From the NCBI GenBank assembly GCA_965203905.1, contig CBDBDQ010000005.1:5664001-5728000 (forward strand): 64,000 nucleotides of DNA, read 5' to 3'. Position 1 is the stretch's first letter. The number at the start of each line of letters is the position of its first letter. Origin of the DNA: Spirochaetia bacterium (GTDB lineage Bacteria > Spirochaetota > Spirochaetia > SZUA-6 > Bin103). The notes under the pieces are model-generated. The model had not been told where the DNA came from and did not search any database. It worked only from the letters and a program-made list of their open reading frames with translations. This document shows, in pieces, positions 1 to 8,902 of this stretch. Made by a program: the position numbers and the translations under genes.

Positions 1-415
1 TTATTCTGAAGATGTAATACCTTCTCTCATTACCATGCACAGTCAGAATTGCACCTCTTTTCCCCTCAAACAACTGATAAGACCACCTGAATTCTCTTTG
101 AAGTTCCCAGTCGCCAGAGATTCCTTGAAATCTGTAAGGTGTCCCTGCCCCGCTGTGGTATCGGTAAAATCTTCCAATTTGATTATGATTGAATTCAACA
201 GTTCTGATATAAGATGAATCAAACTTAATGAGATCCCATCTTCCAATCAAAGGGATCTTTGAATCAGATAGTCTTGGAAGAACAATCGAGGAAATCCCGT
301 CAGTTAGACTCACACTCAAACCATCAATGGTAAGAGTAATTTCAGTTTCTCCTTCTGCAAAAGAAGGTAGTTGAATTGCAAAAAACAGTAGTAGTGCTGT
401 TAGTAGTTTTTTCAT
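1..415 (-). CDS. Secreted hypothetical protein, low GC, runs off the left edge (partial)
   Basis: Manual translation from ATG 415: MKKLLTALLLFFAIQLPSFAEGETEITL..., open to position 1, with a classic signal peptide. Absent from the ORF track because no stop is in the window. In-frame upstream ATGs at 439 and 514. Confidence 0.75.
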   Translation of the reverse strand, partial: MKKLLTALLLFFAIQLPSFAEGETEITLTIDGLSVSLTDGISSIVLPRLSDSKIPLIGRWDLIKFDSSYIRTVEFNHNQIGRFYRYHSGAGTPYRFQGISGDWELQREFRWSYQLFEGKRGAILTVHGNERRYYIFRI

Positions 416-586
416 TGTTTTGGGTTCTTGCAACCTCATTTTTCCATCCGTCCTTAGCAGCCGGGAGACGCTGGCTGCCAGGCGGCGGAATCTGGTAACC
501 ACGTGCTCGATCATCGCATGGCGGCTTAGCTCCTTCCCGGGATGCTCCCGCTGGTGGGTCGAGGCGGGCCGGACACCAAAGTCAGC

Positions 587-615
587 AGGCTACGGCGGCC
601 CCGGCTGGATGTCAA
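587..615 (-). promoter_or_regulatory. Sigma70-type promoter TTGACA-N17-TAGCCT
   Basis: Consensus -35, 17-nt spacer, near-consensus -10, pointing toward the AAGGAG RBS and the left-edge ORF. Confidence 0.6.
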
Positions 616-769
616 CCGCGCGCCCCTTTCTCTGCCCTCTCTGTGCGTCAGGTCGCCATCGCGCTCGAGCGGATCGTTCGGGGCAGCTCGTGGCCCGAAT
701 GGCCGCTGCTTTCGGCGCGGCTGCCTCAGGCCAGGAAGTCCGCTCCGTTGTCGCGAGGGAAAGCTGGGA

Positions 770-1564
770 TCACGAGTTACATGAACCGGCCATCCCCGCG
801 GCCGCACAGGCGGCGAAGAAATCCGCGTTCGACGCCGAAAATCCGTTCTGCTGTTCACACTCCCGAATCGCAATCTCGGTTGCAAGGCAGGTCTCCACCG
901 TGTCGGGATACTCCACTCCCATGGTCGCATCCCGAAGCAGGATCGTGTTGTAGCTGCGGCTGGCCATGGCCGGCATCCCGTAGTCGCGGTTGCGTATGCA
1001 CCAGTTGGTGGCAAAGCCGACGAAGAGCAGATGTAGAATGCGGCGCTCCGTGAGCAGGTCGTGCAACTGGTCCCCGGTGGAAATTACGAACTCGTGGTCG
1101 AGCACGTCGATGGCCGGCGACATGCCCAGGTCGGGTATGTCAGGAATCCCCGGGGGTTGACGGCGCGGCCCTCGATAGGCGGCATAGGCTCCCTCGCGGT
1201 GGCGGAATTCCGCAGGGGGCCATGCGGGATCCGGCCGCGGCTCGGGCGGTGTGTGGCGCTCGAGCTGGCGGAACTGTTCGGCCACGCCCGGGCTCGGCGC
1301 GTGCACCACGGTGATCCCGATTTCGCGGGCGTGCTGCAGTACCGGCGCCACCGCCTCCCGCGTCACCCGCGCGGCCCGTTCCAGCCAGCTTTCGATGAAG
1401 TGCGCGTTCCACACGTCCACCAGCACCAGGGCCGTCTTGTCCACCGGCAGCTCCATGGCGATCTCGCGCCGGATGAAGTGCTCCTCTCGGCAGGGCACAC
1501 CCTCCGGGGTACTGTCCTGAAAGTATCGAACCCGCAATCTCAGCGTCGCCATCGCATCCTCCAT
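770..1564 (-). CDS. Isochorismatase / cysteine hydrolase family protein
   Basis: ALVLVDVWNAH and VGFATNWC motifs, plus LLRDAT. Confidence 0.85.
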   Translation of the reverse strand: MEDAMATLRLRVRYFQDSTPEGVPCREEHFIRREIAMELPVDKTALVLVDVWNAHFIESWLERAARVTREAVAPVLQHAREIGITVVHAPSPGVAEQFRQLERHTPPEPRPDPAWPPAEFRHREGAYAAYRGPRRQPPGIPDIPDLGMSPAIDVLDHEFVISTGDQLHDLLTERRILHLLFVGFATNWCIRNRDYGMPAMASRSYNTILLRDATMGVEYPDTVETCLATEIAIRECEQQNGFSASNADFFAACAAAGMAGSCNS

Positions 1565-2395
1565 GGGCGTTGGTGCTCACCATCATCCGCCACGTCTCGT
1601 GCGTCAACACCTCCAGGCCGCGGTCGGGAATGTTCGTTGAACGTAACGTCTCGTTGCGCCAGTAGGAACGCTGGTGATACTCGCGGTAGAGGCATTCCTC
1701 GTCCGCAACCTGGGCGGCGCCGGCGACATATGCCAGGTGCAGGGACAGCCACCACATGCGCAGGTGCTGGTCTCCCTCCGGGCTTACGTGAGCCCCTTCC
1801 GCCTGGTAGGTGCCCCAGAACGGCTTTCCCCAGGCGCGCGCGGCCCCGCGGGCGTCGGCCACGAGCAGGGCGTTGTTGCTCTTGTTGAACTGTGACAGCC
1901 TGGCGGCCATCCCGGCTTCGTAGGCGCAACCGATCCCGATAGCCGAGAACAGCACCCACGGCTGCACCAGCGGATCGGCGCCGCGGGTGGCATCCGCCAT
2001 GCGTCGGAAGTAGGCGACGAAGTCGTCGTGGGCCGTACGCATCGTGCGCTCATTCTCGCGCGGTCGGTCAGCTCGCCGACCGTGAAGTCGAACTCGATCG
2101 ACCTGGTGGAGAACCTCACCTGGGAGCGGGCATCGCCCTCCAGTTCGAACAGGATGCCCCCGAGGCGGTACTGGGCGGTCGGCGGTTCCCAGTTCCACTA
2201 CGGCTGTTCCAACTCGACGAGAGTTTCACGGACATCACCGTAGTGGCCGCTGAAATCGATGAGCCAGGAGCGGCGTATCGTTCCCTGCTCTGCGCTGATC
2301 CCTCCATCCCAGGCGTACCCCGCGTGCTGCCAGGGATAGGGCGCATACTGCATGTAGTAGCCCTAGTGAATGCGGATCCTGTGGACGGCGCCCAT
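1565..2395 (-). pseudogene. Degraded gene of unknown function
   Basis: Frame from ATG 2395 has in-frame TAG at 2363-2365 and 2198-2200, then changes frame near 2050 into a protein-like segment (RTAHDDFVAYF...WWLSLHLAYVAGA). The 3' end is approximate. Confidence 0.55.
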
Positions 2396-2475
2396 GGGTC
2401 CGCTGCTCTACGGCGCCGCCGGTCCAGCGTGGGGCTGGGCCGCAGGCCAAGCCGCCGGGCGGCGGTTGCTGGACG

Positions 2476-3333
2476 TTAGCACGGCCACATGAGCGGCCAG
2501 TAGGGGCCGGCGAACGGCTGGCCGGGGCGGGCGTCGGGACCGAGGAACAGCATGTTCGGGTGGTATTGGCGGCTCTCCCGGTAGCAGGTGTCTCCCGGCA
2601 TCATGTGCGAGATAAGGCACAGGCGCGCGGCGTCGCTCAGGTTGGGGCCGGAGCCGTGCAGCGTGAGGCAGTGGTGGAAGCTCACCTCGCCCTCGCGCAG
2701 CAGGCACGGCTCGTCGATCCAGGCGCCACTGATCTCCTGCGTCGACAACCGCGCCTTCAGGCCCTCCAGGTCCTTCTTGCCGAAGTTGGCGCTGTCCTCA
2801 AGCAGGCCCCAGCGGTGCGAGCCGACGATGGTGCGCATGGCGCCGTTGCCGAGGTCGGTGTCCTGCAGTGCGATCCAGGCGGTGCACATGTTGCGGGAGC
2901 TGGAGCACTGCCAGTGGCCGTAGTCCTGGTGCCAGCCGATGTTGCCAGCGGTGACGTCGGTGCCTCGCACGCCGACGCCCGGCTTGATGACCGCCTGGTC
3001 GTGCCACAGGCGCACCTCCTCCACGCCCATGAAGCGGGCGCCGATGGCGCCCAGCAGCGGGCTGGTGGTCAGCGCACGGATCTCGTCGTTGAGCCAGAAC
3101 GCGTTGCACTGCTGGCGCACCGCGGTGGCATCCGGCTCGTCTCGAGGCGGTCCGTACTGCGACGGGATCGGGTGGTCGAAGTCACCCGCCCAGAGGCGCT
3201 CGTGGGCGCGCCGCAGCCGGGCGGTGGTGTGCTCGTCGAACAGCCTCGGGCTGCGCCAGTAGCCCCGCTCGCGGTACTCCGCCAGCACCGCTGCGTCAAT
3301 CAGCGTATCGACGTCGATCCCTTCGACTACCAT
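2476..3333 (-). CDS. Phytanoyl-CoA dioxygenase (PhyH) family Fe(II)/2OG oxygenase
   Basis: GWHQD, TAWIALQD, NGAM..GSH and distal LHGSGPN...R motifs. Confidence 0.9.
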   Translation of the reverse strand: MVVEGIDVDTLIDAAVLAEYRERGYWRSPRLFDEHTTARLRRAHERLWAGDFDHPIPSQYGPPRDEPDATAVRQQCNAFWLNDEIRALTTSPLLGAIGARFMGVEEVRLWHDQAVIKPGVGVRGTDVTAGNIGWHQDYGHWQCSSSRNMCTAWIALQDTDLGNGAMRTIVGSHRWGLLEDSANFGKKDLEGLKARLSTQEISGAWIDEPCLLREGEVSFHHCLTLHGSGPNLSDAARLCLISHMMPGDTCYRESRQYHPNMLFLGPDARPGQPFAGPYWPLMWPC

Positions 3334-3361
3334 GCCCGGACCTTACCGAATCGGCCGCCGG

Positions 3362-6076
3362 CTAGGCAAACTCGACCGTCACTTCGCGCAGCGATGGGGT
3401 GTGGCACCCGTCGAGGGAGGTGAGCGTGGCCTGGTACTGCAGCCAGCGCTGCGGCCCGCGGAAGTCCGCCACGGCGCCGGGCGCCCGGTAGGTGCTGCCC
3501 GGGCCGTTCGCTCCGCGCCACGGCGCCCGCTCCAGCTCCGCGCGTGAGCCGGCCCAGCGGAGCTGCAGCTCGACCGCGGTGCGCGGCGGGGTGCTCGCGC
3601 TCCAATCCACCCGCACCGGCCGCCTGCCGGCCAGCTCGTACACCGGGGAACGGTAGCGCTCGCACGGTTCGCGGGTGAACGCGTTGCCGAAGTCGCGCGG
3701 CGTGCTCAGGTGGGGGCCCATGCCGGGCAGGCGCGTGGGGTGAGCCAGGTCGAGCCCGTCGGGTCCGTTGCGGAACAGCAGGGAGTCCACGCGGTGCCCG
3801 AGGTCGGTGCGGTGGCACACGGCGAACACGTCGCGCCAGCCGTTGCCGGTGGTGTCCACCACCTGGAAGGCGCAGCTCGCGTCGCAGTCGATCACCGTCG
3901 GCCGGTCGTAGTCGATGCCGCCGGGGGTGCCCCAGTAGAGGTGCGCCGGCAGCACGCGACTGGACGGCGTGGAATAGGCCGGCACCAGCAGGTCCAGGTG
4001 GCCGTCGCGATTCACGTCGGCAACGGTCAGCAGGATGCTGGAAGCCTCCGTGCGGTGAAACTCGCCGCGCTCCTGGGAGTACCCTTCGGGGCCGCCGTAG
4101 AGAATGAAGAAGCCGCTGTCGATACGGGTGTAGTGGCCCATCAGCACCACGATCAGGTCCAGGCTGCCGTTGCCGGTGAGGTCGGCGCAGTTGATGGCGG
4201 CCACGTTGCCCGGCCCGCCGATGTCAAGGGGAATGCGGCTCACGCGCTGCGCGGAGAAACCCTGGGGACCGCCGTGATAGATGGCCAGGTAGCCGCGCAC
4301 GTCGTAGCAGATCACGTCCAGCCAGCCGTCGCCGTCCAGGTCGGCGACGCGGGCGTTGCCCTTGGTGTAGGTGGGCAGCGAGGTGCAGCGGGCGCTGGAA
4401 TAGCCCTCTGGTGAACCGTGATAGATCACGGACGAGGCGGCCATGGTGGCTGGCTTGTCATCGTAGGTGTAGGCCACCGCCAGCAGGTCGAGCCAGCCGT
4501 TGCGGTTGAAGTCGCCAACCTGCACGTAGTGCATGTTCTGGCCAGCGGCGCGCAGGTCGGTGTAGCGGTCCGCACGCAGGCCGTCCGGACCGCCGTGGAA
4601 CACGCGCAGACCCACGCGCGCGGTGCACACCAGGTCGGCATGGCCGTCCTGGTCGAGGTCGGCGACGATGTAGGTGTTGCTGCCGCCGGTGGGCAGCTCC
4701 TGGCGCCGCTCCGGGTCGAAGCGCCCGCCCGGCGCGCCCGGGTACACGTACACCGGGAACTCGGGATCGTTCTGCGAGGGGCCGGCCATGGTGTTGTTGA
4801 ACACCACCTCCGGACGGCCGTCGCCGTCCAGGTCGGCGGCGGTGCAGCCCATGGCGCCGCCGGTCGCCAGCCGCTCGACCCGCTGCGCCGAGAACCCCTG
4901 CGGGCCGTTCCAGTAGATCACCGACTCGGTGTCGTAGGAGCGGCCATCCTCGCGCCGCGAGACGATCAGGTCGACACGGCCGTCGCCGTCCAGGTCGGCG
5001 GCGTGCACCCAGGAGCAGTAGGTAAGAGGCAGGAGCTGGCGCACCCGGTCGAGGGCGTCCGCGGAGCGGATCTCAACCCCGCGCTGCGCCGCGATCAGCA
5101 GCTCGTCGCGTCCATCCCCATCCACGTCGGCGGCGGCGATGCGGGCGGCGCCCTCGGCGAACATCGTCCAGGTGCCCTCGATCGGCAGCACCGTACGCAC
5201 GTCGGGGGCGATGCGGCCGCCGCGGTTCCAGAAGATTCGTACCTGGTGGCCGCCGGAGAAGATCACCTCCTTCATGCCGTCGCCGTCCAGGTCGGCCAGG
5301 GCCACCTGCATGGCATAGCGGGTCGGCAGCCGCAGCGGAGCGTCCACCGCGAAGCCGCTGCCGCGCCGCCGATAGAGGAACGAGTCGGTGTGATGTTCGA
5401 AGCCGGCGCGGTAGTTGGCCACCACCAGCTCCAGCTCGCCGTCGCCGTCGATATCCTCGCACGCCACCGCCAGCGCTCCCACTCCGGGAATCGCGAACTC
5501 CGCGGTGGCATCTTCGAACACCCGTGGCGCGGTCTGCAGGTATACGTGCAGCGGGCGCGGCTCGCCGGCGTTGTGATGGTCCACCCACGCCGACGGCAGG
5601 ATCAGGTCCAGCAGCCCGTTGCCGGTCAGGTCGACGGCGGCCACGTCGTAGGCGCCGGCGGTGGGAAGCACGGCGCGCTCGCCGGTCAGCCCGGCGGGGC
5701 CGCCCCAGTACACGTAGGAGTCCAGTTCGGAGGTGACCCCGTTCTCGGCGTTGACCACGACCAGGTCGAGGAATCCATCGCCATCCACGTCGGCGGCATG
5801 GCTCATCCAGCCGCTGTCGTTGGTCAGCTCGCGCCTCCCCCACTCCGCGCCGGAAGCCGGCGGCTGGGTGTAGATCCAGGTGGGGCCGCGTTCGTCGTAG
5901 CCGTGGGAGTTGGGAAATACCAGGTCGACGTGGCCGTCGCCGTTCAGGTCGGTGCGATGGATCCACTCGACGGCGCCCGAGGCGGTCAGGTAGAGGTTGT
6001 CGCCGCCGTTGTCGAACTCGCCCTGCCGGAAGGCGGCGAGTCCGCCGTGGGTCCATCGCGGAGGCGACTCACCCAT
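3362..6076 (-). CDS. FG-GAP/VCBS repeat beta-propeller protein
   Basis: Many ADLDGDGxxDL repeats. Start placed at ATG 6076 because the track extension overlaps the tRNA. Confidence 0.88.
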   Translation of the reverse strand: MGESPPRWTHGGLAAFRQGEFDNGGDNLYLTASGAVEWIHRTDLNGDGHVDLVFPNSHGYDERGPTWIYTQPPASGAEWGRRELTNDSGWMSHAADVDGDGFLDLVVVNAENGVTSELDSYVYWGGPAGLTGERAVLPTAGAYDVAAVDLTGNGLLDLILPSAWVDHHNAGEPRPLHVYLQTAPRVFEDATAEFAIPGVGALAVACEDIDGDGELELVVANYRAGFEHHTDSFLYRRRGSGFAVDAPLRLPTRYAMQVALADLDGDGMKEVIFSGGHQVRIFWNRGGRIAPDVRTVLPIEGTWTMFAEGAARIAAADVDGDGRDELLIAAQRGVEIRSADALDRVRQLLPLTYCSWVHAADLDGDGRVDLIVSRREDGRSYDTESVIYWNGPQGFSAQRVERLATGGAMGCTAADLDGDGRPEVVFNNTMAGPSQNDPEFPVYVYPGAPGGRFDPERRQELPTGGSNTYIVADLDQDGHADLVCTARVGLRVFHGGPDGLRADRYTDLRAAGQNMHYVQVGDFNRNGWLDLLAVAYTYDDKPATMAASSVIYHGSPEGYSSARCTSLPTYTKGNARVADLDGDGWLDVICYDVRGYLAIYHGGPQGFSAQRVSRIPLDIGGPGNVAAINCADLTGNGSLDLIVVLMGHYTRIDSGFFILYGGPEGYSQERGEFHRTEASSILLTVADVNRDGHLDLLVPAYSTPSSRVLPAHLYWGTPGGIDYDRPTVIDCDASCAFQVVDTTGNGWRDVFAVCHRTDLGHRVDSLLFRNGPDGLDLAHPTRLPGMGPHLSTPRDFGNAFTREPCERYRSPVYELAGRRPVRVDWSASTPPRTAVELQLRWAGSRAELERAPWRGANGPGSTYRAPGAVADFRGPQRWLQYQATLTSLDGCHTPSLREVTVEFA

Positions 6077-6121
6077 GGTGGTCGCTCCGGGGGATGGCAG
6101 TCCGCGCCACGAACTGCCAAG

Positions 6122-6194
6122 AGCCAGAAAGGGGATTCGAACCCCTGACCTGTTCATTACGAGTGAACCGCTCTGCCAACTGAGCTATTCTGGC
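6122..6194 (-). tRNA. tRNA-Thr(CGT)
   Basis: GCCAGAATAGCTCAGTTGGCAGAGCGGTTCACTCGTAATGAACAGGTCAGGGGTTCGAATCCCCTTTCTGGCT folds to a cloverleaf with anticodon CGT; CCA not encoded. Confidence 0.96.
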
Positions 6195-6265
6195 AATGGC
6201 CCTAAGATAATGCATCCGCGGCCAATGAGGAATACGCCGACCCGGCAGCCCCGGCAGCGGCGCGG

Positions 6266-7108
6266 TTATGACGGCCGCCACGCGCCGTCGTAGCCGGTAT
6301 AACCCTCGGTGTAGTGCTTCAGCCGGTCGGGCAGGCGGTCGATCAGCGCCCGCGCCGACTGCGGGAGCGGCCACGGGGCGTCGATCCGCCACGCCTTGGG
6401 ACGGAACCCGATGCCGCACGAGTAGCGGCGTTCGCGGGTCGCCATGTTGACGTGGAAGGTGCGGTCGGCGAAGCAGAGCAGGTCCCCCGGATCGGCGCTC
6501 ACCGCGACACAACCGGGTACGTCCATGTCCGTGCAGGGATCGTCCGCGCCGAGCCGGCGCATGCTGTTCCCGTTGTTGATGAGCTGGAAGCCCTCCGGCT
6601 GCCAGTCCGGAAGGTGCGACTGCTCGATCACGGCCAGGCCGCTGCGCTCCGGATCGCTGCCGTTGAGGTAGAACCAGAGGCCGCTCGGGAGCGGGAACCG
6701 GTTGAGGACCTGGTTCGCGTTCTGCGGTTCGCCCTCGAGATGGCCCTGGAAGTCCATGTGCCAGGCGCCCATCCCCTCGCCGGGAGTGCGCAGGATCGCC
6801 GCCGAGCGGTGCAGGCACAGCTCCCGCGTGCCGTTCACGGCGCAGATGAAATCCCAGTAGGGCGCGTGATCCACCAGCGTCCAGACCGGCTGGCTCACCT
6901 CCGCGAACGCCATGTGGTACTTGTTGGAAGCCGGGGGCAGCGAGCGCTCGGGATCCAGGTGCCGATCGATCGAGTCCTTCAGATCCTGCACCAGCGCAGG
7001 ACCGATCATGCCGCGCAGCACGCAGAAACCGTGGCGTTCGAGACATGCGAATGCCCCCGCGTGGTCGTGCGGCTCGAAGTGGTAACGGTATGAGGGGTTG
7101 TTGGCCAT
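6266..7108 (-). CDS. PhyH family Fe(II)/2OG oxygenase
   Basis: GFCVLRG, WHMD, PGDLLCF..TFH and RRYS motifs. Confidence 0.85.
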   Translation of the reverse strand: MANNPSYRYHFEPHDHAGAFACLERHGFCVLRGMIGPALVQDLKDSIDRHLDPERSLPPASNKYHMAFAEVSQPVWTLVDHAPYWDFICAVNGTRELCLHRSAAILRTPGEGMGAWHMDFQGHLEGEPQNANQVLNRFPLPSGLWFYLNGSDPERSGLAVIEQSHLPDWQPEGFQLINNGNSMRRLGADDPCTDMDVPGCVAVSADPGDLLCFADRTFHVNMATRERRYSCGIGFRPKAWRIDAPWPLPQSARALIDRLPDRLKHYTEGYTGYDGAWRPS

Positions 7109-7114
7109 GGTACC

Positions 7115-7957
7115 TCAGTCGTTGCTCTTCTCGGCGCCCGCGATCGAGCGGTCGGGAAGGGTGTAGTCCATCCAGGCGGTGAGCGCCTTCTGTTGCGGGG
7201 TGAAGCGGCGCCGGATCGAGGGCGGCATCCAGTAGTGGCGGGCATTGTGGTAGTCGGTCATGTAGGAGGCGGCCCGCAGCCGCTCGACGTGGTTGTACTG
7301 CAGCGCGGTGCGCCGGCGCGCCGTGGTCTTGGGAGCGCCCGAGTGTACCAGCGCCTCGGTGAAGAGCAGCACGTCGCCAGGCTCGCCGGTGACCTCCAGG
7401 GCGCCCGGGGTATCCAGGCCGGCCATTCCCCAGCGCTTCAGGTCCAGCCTGAAGTTCTTCTTGTGCGAGCCGGGTATCACCGCCAGGCAGCCGTCTCCCG
7501 GATGGTTTGGCGTCAGCATGGTGACCACGTTCAGCATCGGGGAGCGGATCTTGCCGTCGCGCACCGAATAGTCCTCGGGCGGCAGGCCGTGATGCCAGTG
7601 GGTGGCCCCCCGCCCGGGATACTTGGAGATCGACCAGGTGTTGATCAACTGCGGCCGGTCCATGAACTCCTCGAGATAGGGCAGATATCCCGGGTGAGCG
7701 ATCAACCGGTCGAACACGGGATCGAGCCGCGGCAGGCCGTTGAGGCGCACCTGGTGCTCCATCCAGCGGTCCTTGGTGAAGTACGCGTTGGTGACCACCG
7801 GCAATCCTTCCGCCCAACTCTCGTCGTGCTCGATGGCCTCGTTGGCCACGACAGCCTCATCCAGCGCCGCTACCAGTTCGGGCTCGATCGCGCCCCGCAG
7901 GATCAGAAACCCCTGCAGGTCGAACAGGAATCTTTCGTCGTCCGTTACCTCATGCAC
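7115..7957 (-). CDS. PhyH-fold oxygenase with HxG motif (tandem copy B)
   Basis: FDLQGFLIL, WHHG, VIPGSHK, FTEALVHSG..RRT; GTG start. Confidence 0.88.
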   Translation of the reverse strand: MHEVTDDERFLFDLQGFLILRGAIEPELVAALDEAVVANEAIEHDESWAEGLPVVTNAYFTKDRWMEHQVRLNGLPRLDPVFDRLIAHPGYLPYLEEFMDRPQLINTWSISKYPGRGATHWHHGLPPEDYSVRDGKIRSPMLNVVTMLTPNHPGDGCLAVIPGSHKKNFRLDLKRWGMAGLDTPGALEVTGEPGDVLLFTEALVHSGAPKTTARRRTALQYNHVERLRAASYMTDYHNARHYWMPPSIRRRFTPQQKALTAWMDYTLPDRSIAGAEKSND

Positions 7958-7963
7958 CGTTCC

Positions 7964-8824
7964 TTACCTCGCGTCGGGAGGGTCGTTGCTCTTCTCGGCG
8001 CCCGCGATCGAGCGGTCGGGAATCGTGTAGTCCATCCAGGCGGTGAGCGCCTTCTGTTCCGGGGTGAAGCGGCGGCGGATGGAGGGCGGCATCCAGTAGT
8101 GGCGGACATTGTGGTAGTCGGTCATGGCGGAGCCGGCCCGCATCCGCTCGACATGGTTGTACTGCAGCGTGGTGCGCCGCCGTGGCGAGGTCTTGGCGGC
8201 GCCGGTGTGCACCAGTGCCTCGGTGAACAGCATCACGTCGCCGGGCTCGCCGGTGATCTCGACGGCGCCCGGCGTGTCCATGCCGGCCGCTCCCCAGCGC
8301 TTCAAGTCCAGCTTGAAATTCTTCTTGTGCGAGCCCGGAATCACGGCGAAGCAGCCGTCACCCGGGTGGTTGGGCGTGAGCATCGTGACCACGTTCAACA
8401 TCGGCGAGCGAATCTTGCCGTCACGTACCGAGTAGTCCTCGGGAGCCAGACCGTGATGCCAGTGGGTAGCTCCCCGGCCGGGATACTTGGAGATCGACCA
8501 GGTGTTGACCAACTGCGGCTCGTTCATGAACTCGTGGAGATACGGCAGATACCCGGGGTGAGCGATCAGCCGGTCGAACACGCGATCGAGCCGCGGAAGG
8601 CCGTTGAGGCGAACCTGGTGCTCCAGAAACAGGTCCTTGGTAAAGAGCGGGCGATGTTGGACCACCGGCAGTCCTTCCGCCCAACTGTCGTCGTGCTCGA
8701 TTGCCTCGTTGGCCACCACGGCCTCATCGAGCGCCGCCACCAGGTCGGGCTCGATCGCGCCGCGCAGGATCAGAAAGCCCTGCAGGTCGAACAGGAATTT
8801 TTCGTCGTCGGTTACCTCATGCAT
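7964..8824 (-). CDS. PhyH-fold oxygenase with HxG motif (tandem copy A)
   Basis: Near-identical to 7115-7957; ATG 8824 (MHEVTDDEK). Confidence 0.88.
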   Translation of the reverse strand: MHEVTDDEKFLFDLQGFLILRGAIEPDLVAALDEAVVANEAIEHDDSWAEGLPVVQHRPLFTKDLFLEHQVRLNGLPRLDRVFDRLIAHPGYLPYLHEFMNEPQLVNTWSISKYPGRGATHWHHGLAPEDYSVRDGKIRSPMLNVVTMLTPNHPGDGCFAVIPGSHKKNFKLDLKRWGAAGMDTPGAVEITGEPGDVMLFTEALVHTGAAKTSPRRRTTLQYNHVERMRAGSAMTDYHNVRHYWMPPSIRRRFTPEQKALTAWMDYTIPDRSIAGAEKSNDPPDAR

Positions 8825-8902
8825 GGTTCCACCGGTAAGGCAGGATGGCACGGAACCGTACCGGCGGCAACGCGTGCGCGAAGCCGACTGACGGCGCCAT
8901 GA

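Noticed and set aside
6077-6157. N-terminal extension of the FG-GAP ORF given in the track
   Set aside because: It overlaps the tRNA gene; ATG 6076 is the plausible start.
1-6194. tRNA-Thr-anchored integrative island extending left
   Set aside because: I saw no integrase and no duplicate of the tRNA 3' end in the window, and most genes have host-like GC. It cannot be excluded beyond the edge.
7115-8824. DGR-like template/variable repeat pair
   Set aside because: This is a whole-gene duplication; differences are not adenine-specific and no reverse transcriptase is present.
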